A DNA stretch of 64,000 nt from Verrucomicrobiaceae bacterium (GTDB lineage Bacteria > Verrucomicrobiota > Verrucomicrobiia > Verrucomicrobiales > Akkermansiaceae), in the NCBI GenBank assembly GCA_051252135.1, contig JBPOGH010000001.1:224001-288000 (forward strand). The letters run 5' to 3'. The notes under the pieces were generated by a model. It was given only the letters and a program-made list of their open reading frames with translations. It made no database searches and was not told the origin of the DNA. Shown piece after piece: positions 55,972 to 64,000 of the stretch (position 1 is its first letter; every line of letters begins with the position of its first letter). The translations under genes were made by a program, and so were the position numbers.

Positions 55972-56952
55972 GTGTCGACCGAGGTGACAAAACCCCATCA
56001 AATCAAACTGGAGTATGAGACTCCAGGTTTTCTCCAATCGCTCTTTGGCCATCAGGATACGGAGCTCAAGTATTTGGAAGCCAAAGCGGGGGTGAAAATT
56101 GTGACCCGTGATGGTTGGCTTCTAGCACAAGGGGACGAGGAAGGATGCCAGTATGTCCAACGCGTCTTTGGTGATCTGGAAGAGGCTCGTCGGGATGGAG
56201 CGGAACTGAGCGTGCGGGATTTTCGCACTGCGGTAGATCTGGCTGCGGGCTCCGACGAGGCCACCGGAGTCTCCGAGTTGGTGAAAGTCCGACTGGTCGG
56301 CGCGCGGGGACGAAAGCCTGTGGTCGCCCGAAATCCCCATCAGTTGGAATACCTGAATGCGATGGTCGAGAACGATGTCGTCTTTGGGCTCGGCCCTGCG
56401 GGAACGGGAAAAAGTTATCTCGCGGTGGCAATGGGGCTCCACCTTTTGCGAAGTAAGGAGGTCAATCGAATCGTCCTCACGCGTCCTGCCGTTGAAGCCG
56501 GAGAGGCTCTCGGCTTCCTCCCCGGGGACATGAGGGAGAAGGTCGCTCCATACTTGCGTCCACTTTATGATGCAATCGACGATATGCTGGGCTTCGAGGA
56601 AGGGCAGCGCCGGCTCGAAGACGGCAGTATCGAAATCGCCCCGCTGGCCTACATGCGCGGACGGACGCTTTCAAAAAGCTTCGTGATTCTGGATGAAGCG
56701 CAAAATACAACCCGGGAACAGATGTTCATGACACTGACGAGGTTGGGTGAGGGGTCTCGCTGCATCGTGACCGGCGACGGTTCCCAAGTGGACTTAAAAC
56801 AGCAGGGGACTTCAGGGTTGATTGAGGCGGAACAGGCCTTGCAAGGAGTGAAAGGCGTTCACTTCACCCGATTCAAAGCTGAAGACGTCGTGCGCCATCC
56901 GGTGGTCGGGCGCATCATTACGGCATATGATCAACATCGGGATCGCTCCTAG
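55972..56952 (+). CDS. phoH: PhoH-family ATPase
   Basis: GPAGTGKSYLA, RPAVEAGE.LGFLPGD, PLAYMRGRT, DEAQN; GTG 55972. Confidence 0.95.
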   Translation: MSTEVTKPHQIKLEYETPGFLQSLFGHQDTELKYLEAKAGVKIVTRDGWLLAQGDEEGCQYVQRVFGDLEEARRDGAELSVRDFRTAVDLAAGSDEATGVSELVKVRLVGARGRKPVVARNPHQLEYLNAMVENDVVFGLGPAGTGKSYLAVAMGLHLLRSKEVNRIVLTRPAVEAGEALGFLPGDMREKVAPYLRPLYDAIDDMLGFEEGQRRLEDGSIEIAPLAYMRGRTLSKSFVILDEAQNTTREQMFMTLTRLGEGSRCIVTGDGSQVDLKQQGTSGLIEAEQALQGVKGVHFTRFKAEDVVRHPVVGRIITAYDQHRDRS

Positions 56953-57012
56953 CATGCTCGAAATTTCCGTCGACTTCGTCCGGATCGAAGCAAACAATCA
57001 CCTCAGCGCATT

Positions 57013-58359
57013 ATGAATATCGTCATCGTCGGAGCCGGAGAAATCGGGCGACATCTTGCCATCGATCTGTCCCGACAAGGCCACATTGTGTCCGTTATTG
57101 AGCGCGACGGCGTGCGTGCGGCCGAACTGGAACGGGAGGTTGAAGCGAAAATTGTCGTGGGTGATGGTGCGAGCATCAACACACTTGCTGAAGCGGGTAT
57201 TGGTGAATGTGAACTTTTCCTGGCACTGACGAGTGACAACACCGTGAATCTGGTCAGCGCAAGCATCGTTAAATCGATGGGGGTCGAGCAGGTTATCAGC
57301 AGGGTTCATCCGGGCCTTCAGCGGGAAGAGTGGCTTTTTGACTTCCGCGGGCACTTCCAAATCGACCATATTTTCAGCTCGGAACGGCTGGCGGCCATTG
57401 AGCTGGCCAAATTTATCCGCAATCCTGATTCACTCGTGGTGGAGGAAATCGCCCGGGGGAAAATCGAGCTGCAGCAAGTGCTGGTAAGCGCCAAAAGTGA
57501 GGTGATCGGGAAGCCGCTCAAGGAGCTGAAATTCCCGGCACGAACCCGAATTGCGCTGATCAGCCGGGGGGATTCCCATGAGGTCCCCAATGCCGAAACC
57601 GTTATCGAAGCAGGCGACATCGTCACCGTTTTTGGAAATCCGAGAAAGCTGAGGCTTCTTGTGGAGTCGATGCAGCGGGAGGCCGCGTCCAAGGAAGGTC
57701 CGAGGGTGGTGATTTTTGGCGGCGGAGAATATGGCTTTGCCCTGGCTCAAATGCTGGAGTCCTGGAGCTGCCGGGTCCGTATTTTCGAGAAGGACGTCGA
57801 GTTGGCCCGGGATTTGACCGATCGACTCTCCAATACCACCGTGATCAATGCTGACGCAACGTCTGTGGCGGAACTTGAAGAAGAGCAAATTGGTGACGCT
57901 GACTTCTTTGTGGCTACCAGTGGGAGTGACGAGGATAACGTGATGACCTGTCTTCAGGCGAATAATTTGGGTGCTGAAAACTGCCTCACTTTGATTCACC
58001 GCGCCGATTACGCGAAAGCGATCAGTACTACAGGTCGGCATTTTGGAGTGATCGCGGCCGTGAGTCCACGGGAGGCGTCGCGGAAGGAAATTGCGCGGTT
58101 TATCACATCTGACAAATTCCACGTGGTCCGCAAACTTGGTCATGGGCTTGTGATCGAGACCCAAGTGAAGGCGGATTCGAAAGCCGAAGGCAAGACTGTT
58201 GGTGAAATCAAATGGCCGGAGGGCTGCGTGCTGGTTGGATTGCTCAAAGGTCTTCAGGCAATCGTACCGGGAGCGGATGACGTCATTTCCAAAGGCGATC
58301 AGATTTTTGCCGTGGTTGCAGACAAGGCCGAGAAGAAGTTCCTCAAGCTGGTTCACTAA
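57013..58359 (+). CDS. trkA: Trk potassium uptake protein TrkA
   Basis: Two RCK_N domains (GAGEIG, GGGEYG) and two RCK_C domains; 448 aa. Confidence 0.92.
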   Translation: MNIVIVGAGEIGRHLAIDLSRQGHIVSVIERDGVRAAELEREVEAKIVVGDGASINTLAEAGIGECELFLALTSDNTVNLVSASIVKSMGVEQVISRVHPGLQREEWLFDFRGHFQIDHIFSSERLAAIELAKFIRNPDSLVVEEIARGKIELQQVLVSAKSEVIGKPLKELKFPARTRIALISRGDSHEVPNAETVIEAGDIVTVFGNPRKLRLLVESMQREAASKEGPRVVIFGGGEYGFALAQMLESWSCRVRIFEKDVELARDLTDRLSNTTVINADATSVAELEEEQIGDADFFVATSGSDEDNVMTCLQANNLGAENCLTLIHRADYAKAISTTGRHFGVIAAVSPREASRKEIARFITSDKFHVVRKLGHGLVIETQVKADSKAEGKTVGEIKWPEGCVLVGLLKGLQAIVPGADDVISKGDQIFAVVADKAEKKFLKLVH

Positions 58360-58472
58360 TGCCCACAATTTGCTTAAGTGCCTGAGAATCGCATATTTGA
58401 TTCGCTCATGAGTATCCGGACGTCCTGGAGGAGGTTTTCCAACACCCTTATCCTGAACACCCCCTGAGGATA

Positions 58473-58500
58473 ACTTCACACAATATATGTAATGCGGAAT
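58473..58500 (-). other. dif-like XerC/XerD recombination site
   Basis: Minus strand ATTCCGCATTA-CATATA-TTGTGTGAAGT versus E. coli dif GGTGCGCATAA-TGTATA-TTATGTTAAAT. Intergenic, and located at the apparent skew switch. Confidence 0.72.
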
Positions 58501-58802
58501 TAGGAAGTGGGTTTGAATGGGAGCTGCCACCCTACTGCTGCTTAAGTTGGAAATCAGCCCCCAACCGAAAATTGGCGCCTCTCGAAATATATCTGCCTCC
58601 CGTTTTGCCTCATGGCCATAATTGTCGCGCCCTTGTGACTCGTGCCCGAAGGGCTTCGCTCCCCGATCACAGGCCAGATTTAATCATTGGCTTCCAGTGA
58701 ATTTTGGAGACTGACGGGAAAACAGAAAAGACAGCTACCCGTCTGCATACTCAAGTAATTCACTTCCCCAGACTCCCGCACTGTCATAGATAGCCCCTGC
58801 GC

Positions 58803-59921
58803 ATGTTTGAGCTCCTCGCCACTGATCCCGACTCCAAAGCCCGCTGCGGACGTTTGACCACACCCCACGGTGTGATCGAAACCCCTATCTTTATGCCGGT
58901 CGGCACCCAGGGTTCGGTCAAGACTCTTCACCCGGAGGATTTACACGCGATTGATACTCAAATTATCCTCGGAAACACCTACCATTTATGGCTTCGGCCC
59001 GGCACCGAGGTGATCCAACAATTGGGTGGGCTCCATGCTTTCACGACTTGGGACGGCCCCATGCTCACGGACTCCGGAGGTTTTCAGGTTTGGTCGTTAT
59101 CTAAATTGCGTAAAATTACCGAAGAAGGCGTTCAATTTCAGAACCATTTGAATGGAGATCGCATGATGCTTTCTCCAGAAAAGAGCATGGAGATTCAAGC
59201 CGTATTTGGGTCTGATATTGCAATGCTTTTTGATGAATGCCCCCCCTATCCCTGCGATCGCAAATACGCCGAAGAGTCCACTGACCTGACCACCCGGTGG
59301 GGACAGCGTTGCAAAGACTGGATTCAGGCAAACAAACCGACTAGCGGCAATGGTCGGCAGCTCCATTTCGGCATTGTTCAGGGCTCGGTATACCCCGACC
59401 TCCGGGAGCGGTCGGCACGAGCCCTCGTGGACCTCGATTTTGATGGTTACGCCATAGGCGGTGTTTCTGTTGGCGAACCGGAGGAAGAGATGTTTGCCGC
59501 GATTCGGAATGCCGAGCCATTTCTCCCGAAGGACAAGCCTCGTTATGCGATGGGACTGGGAACCCCGACCCAGCTATTGGAGATGATTGGACAGGGTGTC
59601 GATATGTTCGATTGCGTCCACCCAACCCGCTGCGCCCGTCACGGGCAGGCCTTCACGCTGGATGGGCCGATTCACATCAAAAACAAGGCGTTCGAATTCG
59701 ACTCCGCGCCACTGACCCCGGAGGCCCACCCACACGTGGCGCGGTTCTCGCGGGCTTTTCTTCGGCACAGCTTCAAGGCTGGGGAAATCATCGCACAACG
59801 CGTCCTCTCTTTCCACAACCTGCACTTCTACCTCCAATTGATGCAAAATGCCCGCTCCGCGATCCGGGAAGGTCGGTTTAGGGAGTTCCAAACCGAGTTC
59901 TCCGCACGATATTCCCGGTAG
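58803..59921 (+). CDS. tgt: tRNA-guanine(34) transglycosylase
   Basis: TPIFMPVGT, GNTYHL, TDSGGFQV, DEC, GIVQG, GGVSVGE, GVDMFDC motifs. Confidence 0.97.
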   Translation: MFELLATDPDSKARCGRLTTPHGVIETPIFMPVGTQGSVKTLHPEDLHAIDTQIILGNTYHLWLRPGTEVIQQLGGLHAFTTWDGPMLTDSGGFQVWSLSKLRKITEEGVQFQNHLNGDRMMLSPEKSMEIQAVFGSDIAMLFDECPPYPCDRKYAEESTDLTTRWGQRCKDWIQANKPTSGNGRQLHFGIVQGSVYPDLRERSARALVDLDFDGYAIGGVSVGEPEEEMFAAIRNAEPFLPKDKPRYAMGLGTPTQLLEMIGQGVDMFDCVHPTRCARHGQAFTLDGPIHIKNKAFEFDSAPLTPEAHPHVARFSRAFLRHSFKAGEIIAQRVLSFHNLHFYLQLMQNARSAIREGRFREFQTEFSARYSR

Positions 59922-60034
59922 CGAAAAACGAAACACGCTTTAAGTTGGCAACCTTTACCATTGCTTTTCTTTACCATTCCTGATTTCTACCTCGTCCTTC
60001 CACCCGGTTTCTCGGGACCCTTCTATTTTTAACC

Positions 60035-60376
60035 ATGACCAGCACCTTTTTCCTCGCAGCATCCCAGCAAGATCCCGGTCTTTTCGGTAATCCCATCGTG
60101 ATGATCATTTTGATGATCGTCATGTTTTACTTCCTTCTCATTCGCCCGCAACAAAAGCAGCGCAAGGAACAACAAGCCAGAGTGAACTCCATGGAGAAGG
60201 GCGACAAGGTCGTCACCATCGGCGGACTTCACTCCACGGTGCATCACATTTCCGAAAAAACCGTGACCCTCAAGCTTTCCGAAGGCGTTTTCGTTCCTTT
60301 CGAGAAGAGCTCCATCCAATCGGTGGAAAAAATCTCCAAAGGGACGAAAAAGTCCGAAGACAAAAACGCTGAGTAA
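60035..60376 (+). CDS. yajC: Preprotein translocase subunit YajC
   Basis: FYFLLIRPQQK, GDKVVTIGG; tgt-yajC-secD synteny. Confidence 0.96.
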   Translation: MTSTFFLAASQQDPGLFGNPIVMIILMIVMFYFLLIRPQQKQRKEQQARVNSMEKGDKVVTIGGLHSTVHHISEKTVTLKLSEGVFVPFEKSSIQSVEKISKGTKKSEDKNAE

Positions 60377-60460
60377 GGGGCCCTTCTCCTTATCGCAATA
60401 ATACCCACGCGCCCCATCGGCACCGACCCCTCCCTACCGGATCATCATCTTCCCAATCTC

Positions 60461-62872
60461 ATGGATCTCTCAAATAATCCTCTCATCGTTGTCCTTGCGG
60501 GCATCGCCATCGTCGCGCTCATCTTTTGGTACATTGCCTCGGAGATTGATCGCCGAAAGCGGAATGTCGGCACGCTTGCCATCAGCCTCGTTATTTTGCT
60601 TTGCCTTGCGGCAGTCATCCCTCTCGACGAGAAGCTCAAAGGCGGCATTGACCTGGTCGGCGGTTCTTCCTTCACGGTTGAAATCCAGCCGGGGCTTGAT
60701 GATGACAATAATCCCCTTCCCGTGGGAGAGGAGGCCATTGCCTCAGTCAAGAAAACGCTCGGAGAACGCTTGGCTTCCGGCTCCATGGACGGAGCGCAAA
60801 TGCAAGGCTTGGGCACCGACCGCCTCATCATTGAAATGCCCGGCGTTTCCGAAGAGGAAAGCAATCGGGTTCGCGACATCATCGAGCGCACGGCCAAACT
60901 CGAATGCAAATCGGTCCACCCTCAGAACGATACCCTCGCAGGCCAAATTGATGCGGGAACCCTCGCTCCGGCGGGCTGGAAACTTTACCAACTCCCGATT
61001 CTCGATGAAGACGGTAAGCGGGTGGGCAAGACCCCCATTCTTCTTTCTCGCCGCAACATTGTTACCGGCGATCTCGTCCAGGACGCCCTTGCGGTCCCCG
61101 GACGTTTCGGAACGATTTCTGTCCGCCTGACCAAGGAAGGTGGCGACCGACTCTTCACCGCAACCAAACAGATGCGCCAAGGAGTGGACCGCATGGCTGT
61201 CGTTCTGGATGGCGAAGCCCTGATCGCTCCCACCGTCAACGCGGCCCTGAGTCGCGACTTCATCATCGAGGGACTTGATGGCCAAAAGGAAGTTCGCGAG
61301 GTCGTTGCCGCACTTTCCAACCCGTTGAAAAACCCTCTGCAAATCCTGTCAGAGAACAAGGTTACCGCAAAATACGGAAACGAAGTGGTCCGTCAGGGTG
61401 TCACCGCAGCTCTTGCCGGTTTGGGCCTCACCCTCATTTTCGTGCTCCTTTACTACCGCTTTGCCGGAATTATTGCGATTCTGGGTTTGCTGGTGAATAT
61501 CCTCATCCTCTTCGGCGCGATGGCGATGTTCGGGGCCACCTTCACCCTTCCCGGAATTGCTGGAATCATCCTCACGATCGGAATTGCGGTGGATGCCAAT
61601 GTTCTGATCTACGAACGCCTTCGGGAAGAAATGGCGGAAGGCAAATCGGTGGCATCGGCTCTCAAAGCCGCCTATGAAAAGGCATTCAGCGCCATTTTCG
61701 ATGCCAACATCACCACCATTCTGACTGCACTCATCCTGCTGTGGCGCGCTTCGGATCAGATCAAAGGTTTCGCGATCACTTTGACGATCGGAATTCTGGC
61801 TTCCATGTTCGCCGCCCTTCTCGCCACCCGCGTCCTGTTCTATTGGGGAGCTGGTGTTGGTAAAGGCGGAGTCCTCAAAAAGCTCTCCTTCATGAACCTC
61901 ATCCCGGAGCGGACCATCAAGTTCATGGACAAGCGCAAGCCGGCGTTCGTGATCTCCGCAGTCCTCGTGATCGCCTCGCTTTTCTCAATGGCCAGTCATA
62001 AGGACGACGCCCTTGGCATCGACTTTGTAGGTGGTAGCTTGATCACCATTCAGGTTGATGCCGCCAAAACCATTGAGACTGAAGAGGTGGAAGGTGCCAT
62101 CGCCGACCTCACCCTCTCCAAGAACGCCCTGGTTCAGAAAGAAATCCCTCCCGGTGGAGACACTCACCTCATCAAGGTGAAGGTTGCCGAGCAGGACCTC
62201 GATGTTGTTGAGGCGGAGCTCCGTAAGGACATCGCTTCACTCGGAGCTTTGGATGCCGACGGTAAATTTGCGCTCGAAATTTCAAGCAACACCATTAAGC
62301 CCACCCTCGGTAAGGAGTTCTTCAAGAATTCGCTCTGGGCACTGGGTTTCGGCCTTTTGGCAGTGCTTGTCTACATTGCCTTGCGATTTGAATTCTCCTT
62401 TGCGGTGGGAGCGTTTGTAGCCCTCTTCCACGATCTCATCATCTCCATTGGAGCTGTCCTCTTGATTGGCACCGAGTTATCCATGATTCACGTGGGCGCC
62501 TTCCTGACCATTGCCGGATATTCCATCAACGATACGATCGTGGTCTTCGACCGAATCCGTGAAACATTACAGACCAAGCGCGGCGACGTGAAAGACATCA
62601 TGGATAAGGCCATCAACGCCACCCTTTCCCGGACTTTGTTGACCTCCCTGACCACCTTCGTGGCGGTTTTCGTGCTCTACATTTTCGGAGGCTCAGCCCT
62701 TGAGGATTTCTCTTTTGCCATCATGGTTGGAGTCATCATCGGAACCTACTCTTCGATCTTCATTGCGGCCCCCGTGGTTTACCTCTGGAGCAAGGCGCGT
62801 GGCAGCAACTTGCGTCGTGAGCTTCTTGACGCAAACCTTGAGGCTCAAGTGAACCCGGCGCGGACCGAATAA
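60461..62872 (+). CDS. secDF: SecD/SecF fusion protein
   Basis: GIDLVGG, AVDANVLIYERLREE, LGIDFVGG, GYSINDTIVVFDRIRE motifs. Confidence 0.97.
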   Translation: MDLSNNPLIVVLAGIAIVALIFWYIASEIDRRKRNVGTLAISLVILLCLAAVIPLDEKLKGGIDLVGGSSFTVEIQPGLDDDNNPLPVGEEAIASVKKTLGERLASGSMDGAQMQGLGTDRLIIEMPGVSEEESNRVRDIIERTAKLECKSVHPQNDTLAGQIDAGTLAPAGWKLYQLPILDEDGKRVGKTPILLSRRNIVTGDLVQDALAVPGRFGTISVRLTKEGGDRLFTATKQMRQGVDRMAVVLDGEALIAPTVNAALSRDFIIEGLDGQKEVREVVAALSNPLKNPLQILSENKVTAKYGNEVVRQGVTAALAGLGLTLIFVLLYYRFAGIIAILGLLVNILILFGAMAMFGATFTLPGIAGIILTIGIAVDANVLIYERLREEMAEGKSVASALKAAYEKAFSAIFDANITTILTALILLWRASDQIKGFAITLTIGILASMFAALLATRVLFYWGAGVGKGGVLKKLSFMNLIPERTIKFMDKRKPAFVISAVLVIASLFSMASHKDDALGIDFVGGSLITIQVDAAKTIETEEVEGAIADLTLSKNALVQKEIPPGGDTHLIKVKVAEQDLDVVEAELRKDIASLGALDADGKFALEISSNTIKPTLGKEFFKNSLWALGFGLLAVLVYIALRFEFSFAVGAFVALFHDLIISIGAVLLIGTELSMIHVGAFLTIAGYSINDTIVVFDRIRETLQTKRGDVKDIMDKAINATLSRTLLTSLTTFVAVFVLYIFGGSALEDFSFAIMVGVIIGTYSSIFIAAPVVYLWSKARGSNLRRELLDANLEAQVNPARTE

Positions 62873-62891
62873 TCCTCAATTTTCCATCAAG

Positions 62892-62925
62892 GCGGCGACT
62901 CTCCTGTTGAGTCGCCGCTTTTTTT
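62892..62925 (+). terminator. Rho-independent terminator after secDF
   Basis: GCGGCGACTC-TCCTGTT-GAGTCGCCGC followed by T7. Confidence 0.9.
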
Positions 62926-63036
62926 GTGGGCGCTGTTTGGATTTCCGTCGTATAGATGAAGTGCCGCACATTCCCATGTCGGACTCGATACTAAAGAGTT
63001 GCTAACATTATTTAAGTTTACTAAACTAATCGTTCC

Positions 63037-64000
63037 ATGAATCGCCTGACTGTCGCAATCCTCTCCACCTTGGCAGCCCCTGCTGTCATACTCGCTCAAG
63101 AGGTTCCGAAAACAGGCGCTTCGCTTCCCGACCCCGGTCAAGAGGTTCTCGAGGATGACAATTGCCGGGTGTCGGTTCTGGGTTACCACGTGTTTCATGC
63201 CACGAAACCGGCCACGCAGATGCAGATTCCCACGGACAAGTTCCGTCAACAGATGGAAACTGTAAAAGCCTCGGGAATTCCGGTGATCTCAATGGAAAAG
63301 TTCCTCCAATGGCGACGGGGAGAAACCTCCCTCCCGGCCAAATCGATCCTGATCACGATGGATGACGGCTGGAAATCGGTCTACACCGAAGCTTACCCGA
63401 TCATGAAGGAGATGGGATTCCCCTTCACCGTCTATCTCTACAAGAATTATGTCGGATCGGAGCGCGGAGGGCGCGCGATGAGCCTGGAAATGATTCGGGA
63501 AATGATGGATAGCGGCCTTTGCTCCATTGGCTCCCATTCGGTTTCGCACCCCTTTCCCAGCAAGGTGAAAAAGCATCTCCGCCAAGGAAGCGATGTCTAC
63601 GACCGGTTTCTACGCACCGAGATGGGAGAGTCCAAAGATTTTCTAGAGAAGACCTTTGGAGTTAAGGTCACGACCTACGCCTACCCGGGCGGTTTCCACA
63701 CTCCTGAAATGTTCCCTTTGGCCGACGAACTCGGGTATGATCACCTTTTCACCGTGAAGCCGGGAAAGGTTGCCCGGAACTCCCCCCGGACCACCCTTCC
63801 CCGATACATTGTCCTTGGGAATCATGACTCAGCCTTCAACGCCGCGATGGTCTTTCGCTCAGGAGCCTCCCTGGCGGAGGGATCAATTGCTCCGGTGATC
63901 CTCCCGCACCCCGTCAAACCCGGCTCCGGTCACATCATCGCCTCACGCCTCCCGCGGATTTCCGCCAACCTTTCGAAAGTTGATGAGATTGACCCTGAGT
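63037..64000 (+). CDS. Secreted polysaccharide deacetylase (CE4/NodB-like), 3' partial; absent from the ORF track
   Basis: Own translation from ATG 63037: MNRLTVAILSTLAAPAVILAQ..VLGYH..ITMDDGWKS..FTVYLY..GSHSVSH..YAYPGG. Open to the end of the window. Confidence 0.88.
   Translation, partial: MNRLTVAILSTLAAPAVILAQEVPKTGASLPDPGQEVLEDDNCRVSVLGYHVFHATKPATQMQIPTDKFRQQMETVKASGIPVISMEKFLQWRRGETSLPAKSILITMDDGWKSVYTEAYPIMKEMGFPFTVYLYKNYVGSERGGRAMSLEMIREMMDSGLCSIGSHSVSHPFPSKVKKHLRQGSDVYDRFLRTEMGESKDFLEKTFGVKVTTYAYPGGFHTPEMFPLADELGYDHLFTVKPGKVARNSPRTTLPRYIVLGNHDSAFNAAMVFRSGASLAEGSIAPVILPHPVKPGSGHIIASRLPRISANLSKVDEIDPE

Noticed and set aside
57430..58530. 366-aa minus-strand ORF
   Set aside because: Antisense shadow of trkA running into the dif region; no motifs.
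59953..59978. Direct repeat CTTTACCATT x2 between tgt and yajC
   Set aside because: Only two copies in a pyrimidine-rich spacer; cannot be distinguished from promoter sequence or chance.

Overview
A 64-kb chromosomal window from a Verrucomicrobia-type (PVC) bacterium. This assignment rests on the Verru/Chthon-like prepilin trio, the long GreA and the TGTTC-N4-GAACA SOS box. Gene content is mostly housekeeping: tRNA-Leu, tRNA-Val, an ECF sigma module, greA, eno, ftsB-like, kdsA-lptC/A-lptB, an M16 peptidase, pgm, lnt, argA, a Gld-like ABC operon, sucAB, imuA-imuB-dnaE2, a BspA LRR protein, an OafA-like acyltransferase, rlmD, a TetR-RND efflux operon, a MoxR/DUF58/BatA/vWA operon, trhO, phoH, trkA, tgt-yajC-secDF and a partial polysaccharide deacetylase. 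No transposase, integrase, prophage or CRISPR array was seen. The most notable signals are non-genic. (1) An origin-like element lies inside the dnaE2 coding sequence (31159-32301): six exact TTATTCACA DnaA boxes, several degenerate ones including an 11-bp-phased tandem array, an abrupt ~32% GC DUE-like patch and an IHF-like site, all within an intact reading frame. (2) A dif-like XerCD site at 58473-58500, where strand skew and KOPS-like motifs change polarity, marks the window as the replication terminus region. This places the origin-like element only ~27 kb from dif, with no skew switch at the element itself. (3) An extreme local G-skew zone (~28.7-42 kb) surrounds the element. (4) A tRNA-Leu carries a rare A34 (AAG) anticodon. 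All calls were made by eye; no database searches were run.
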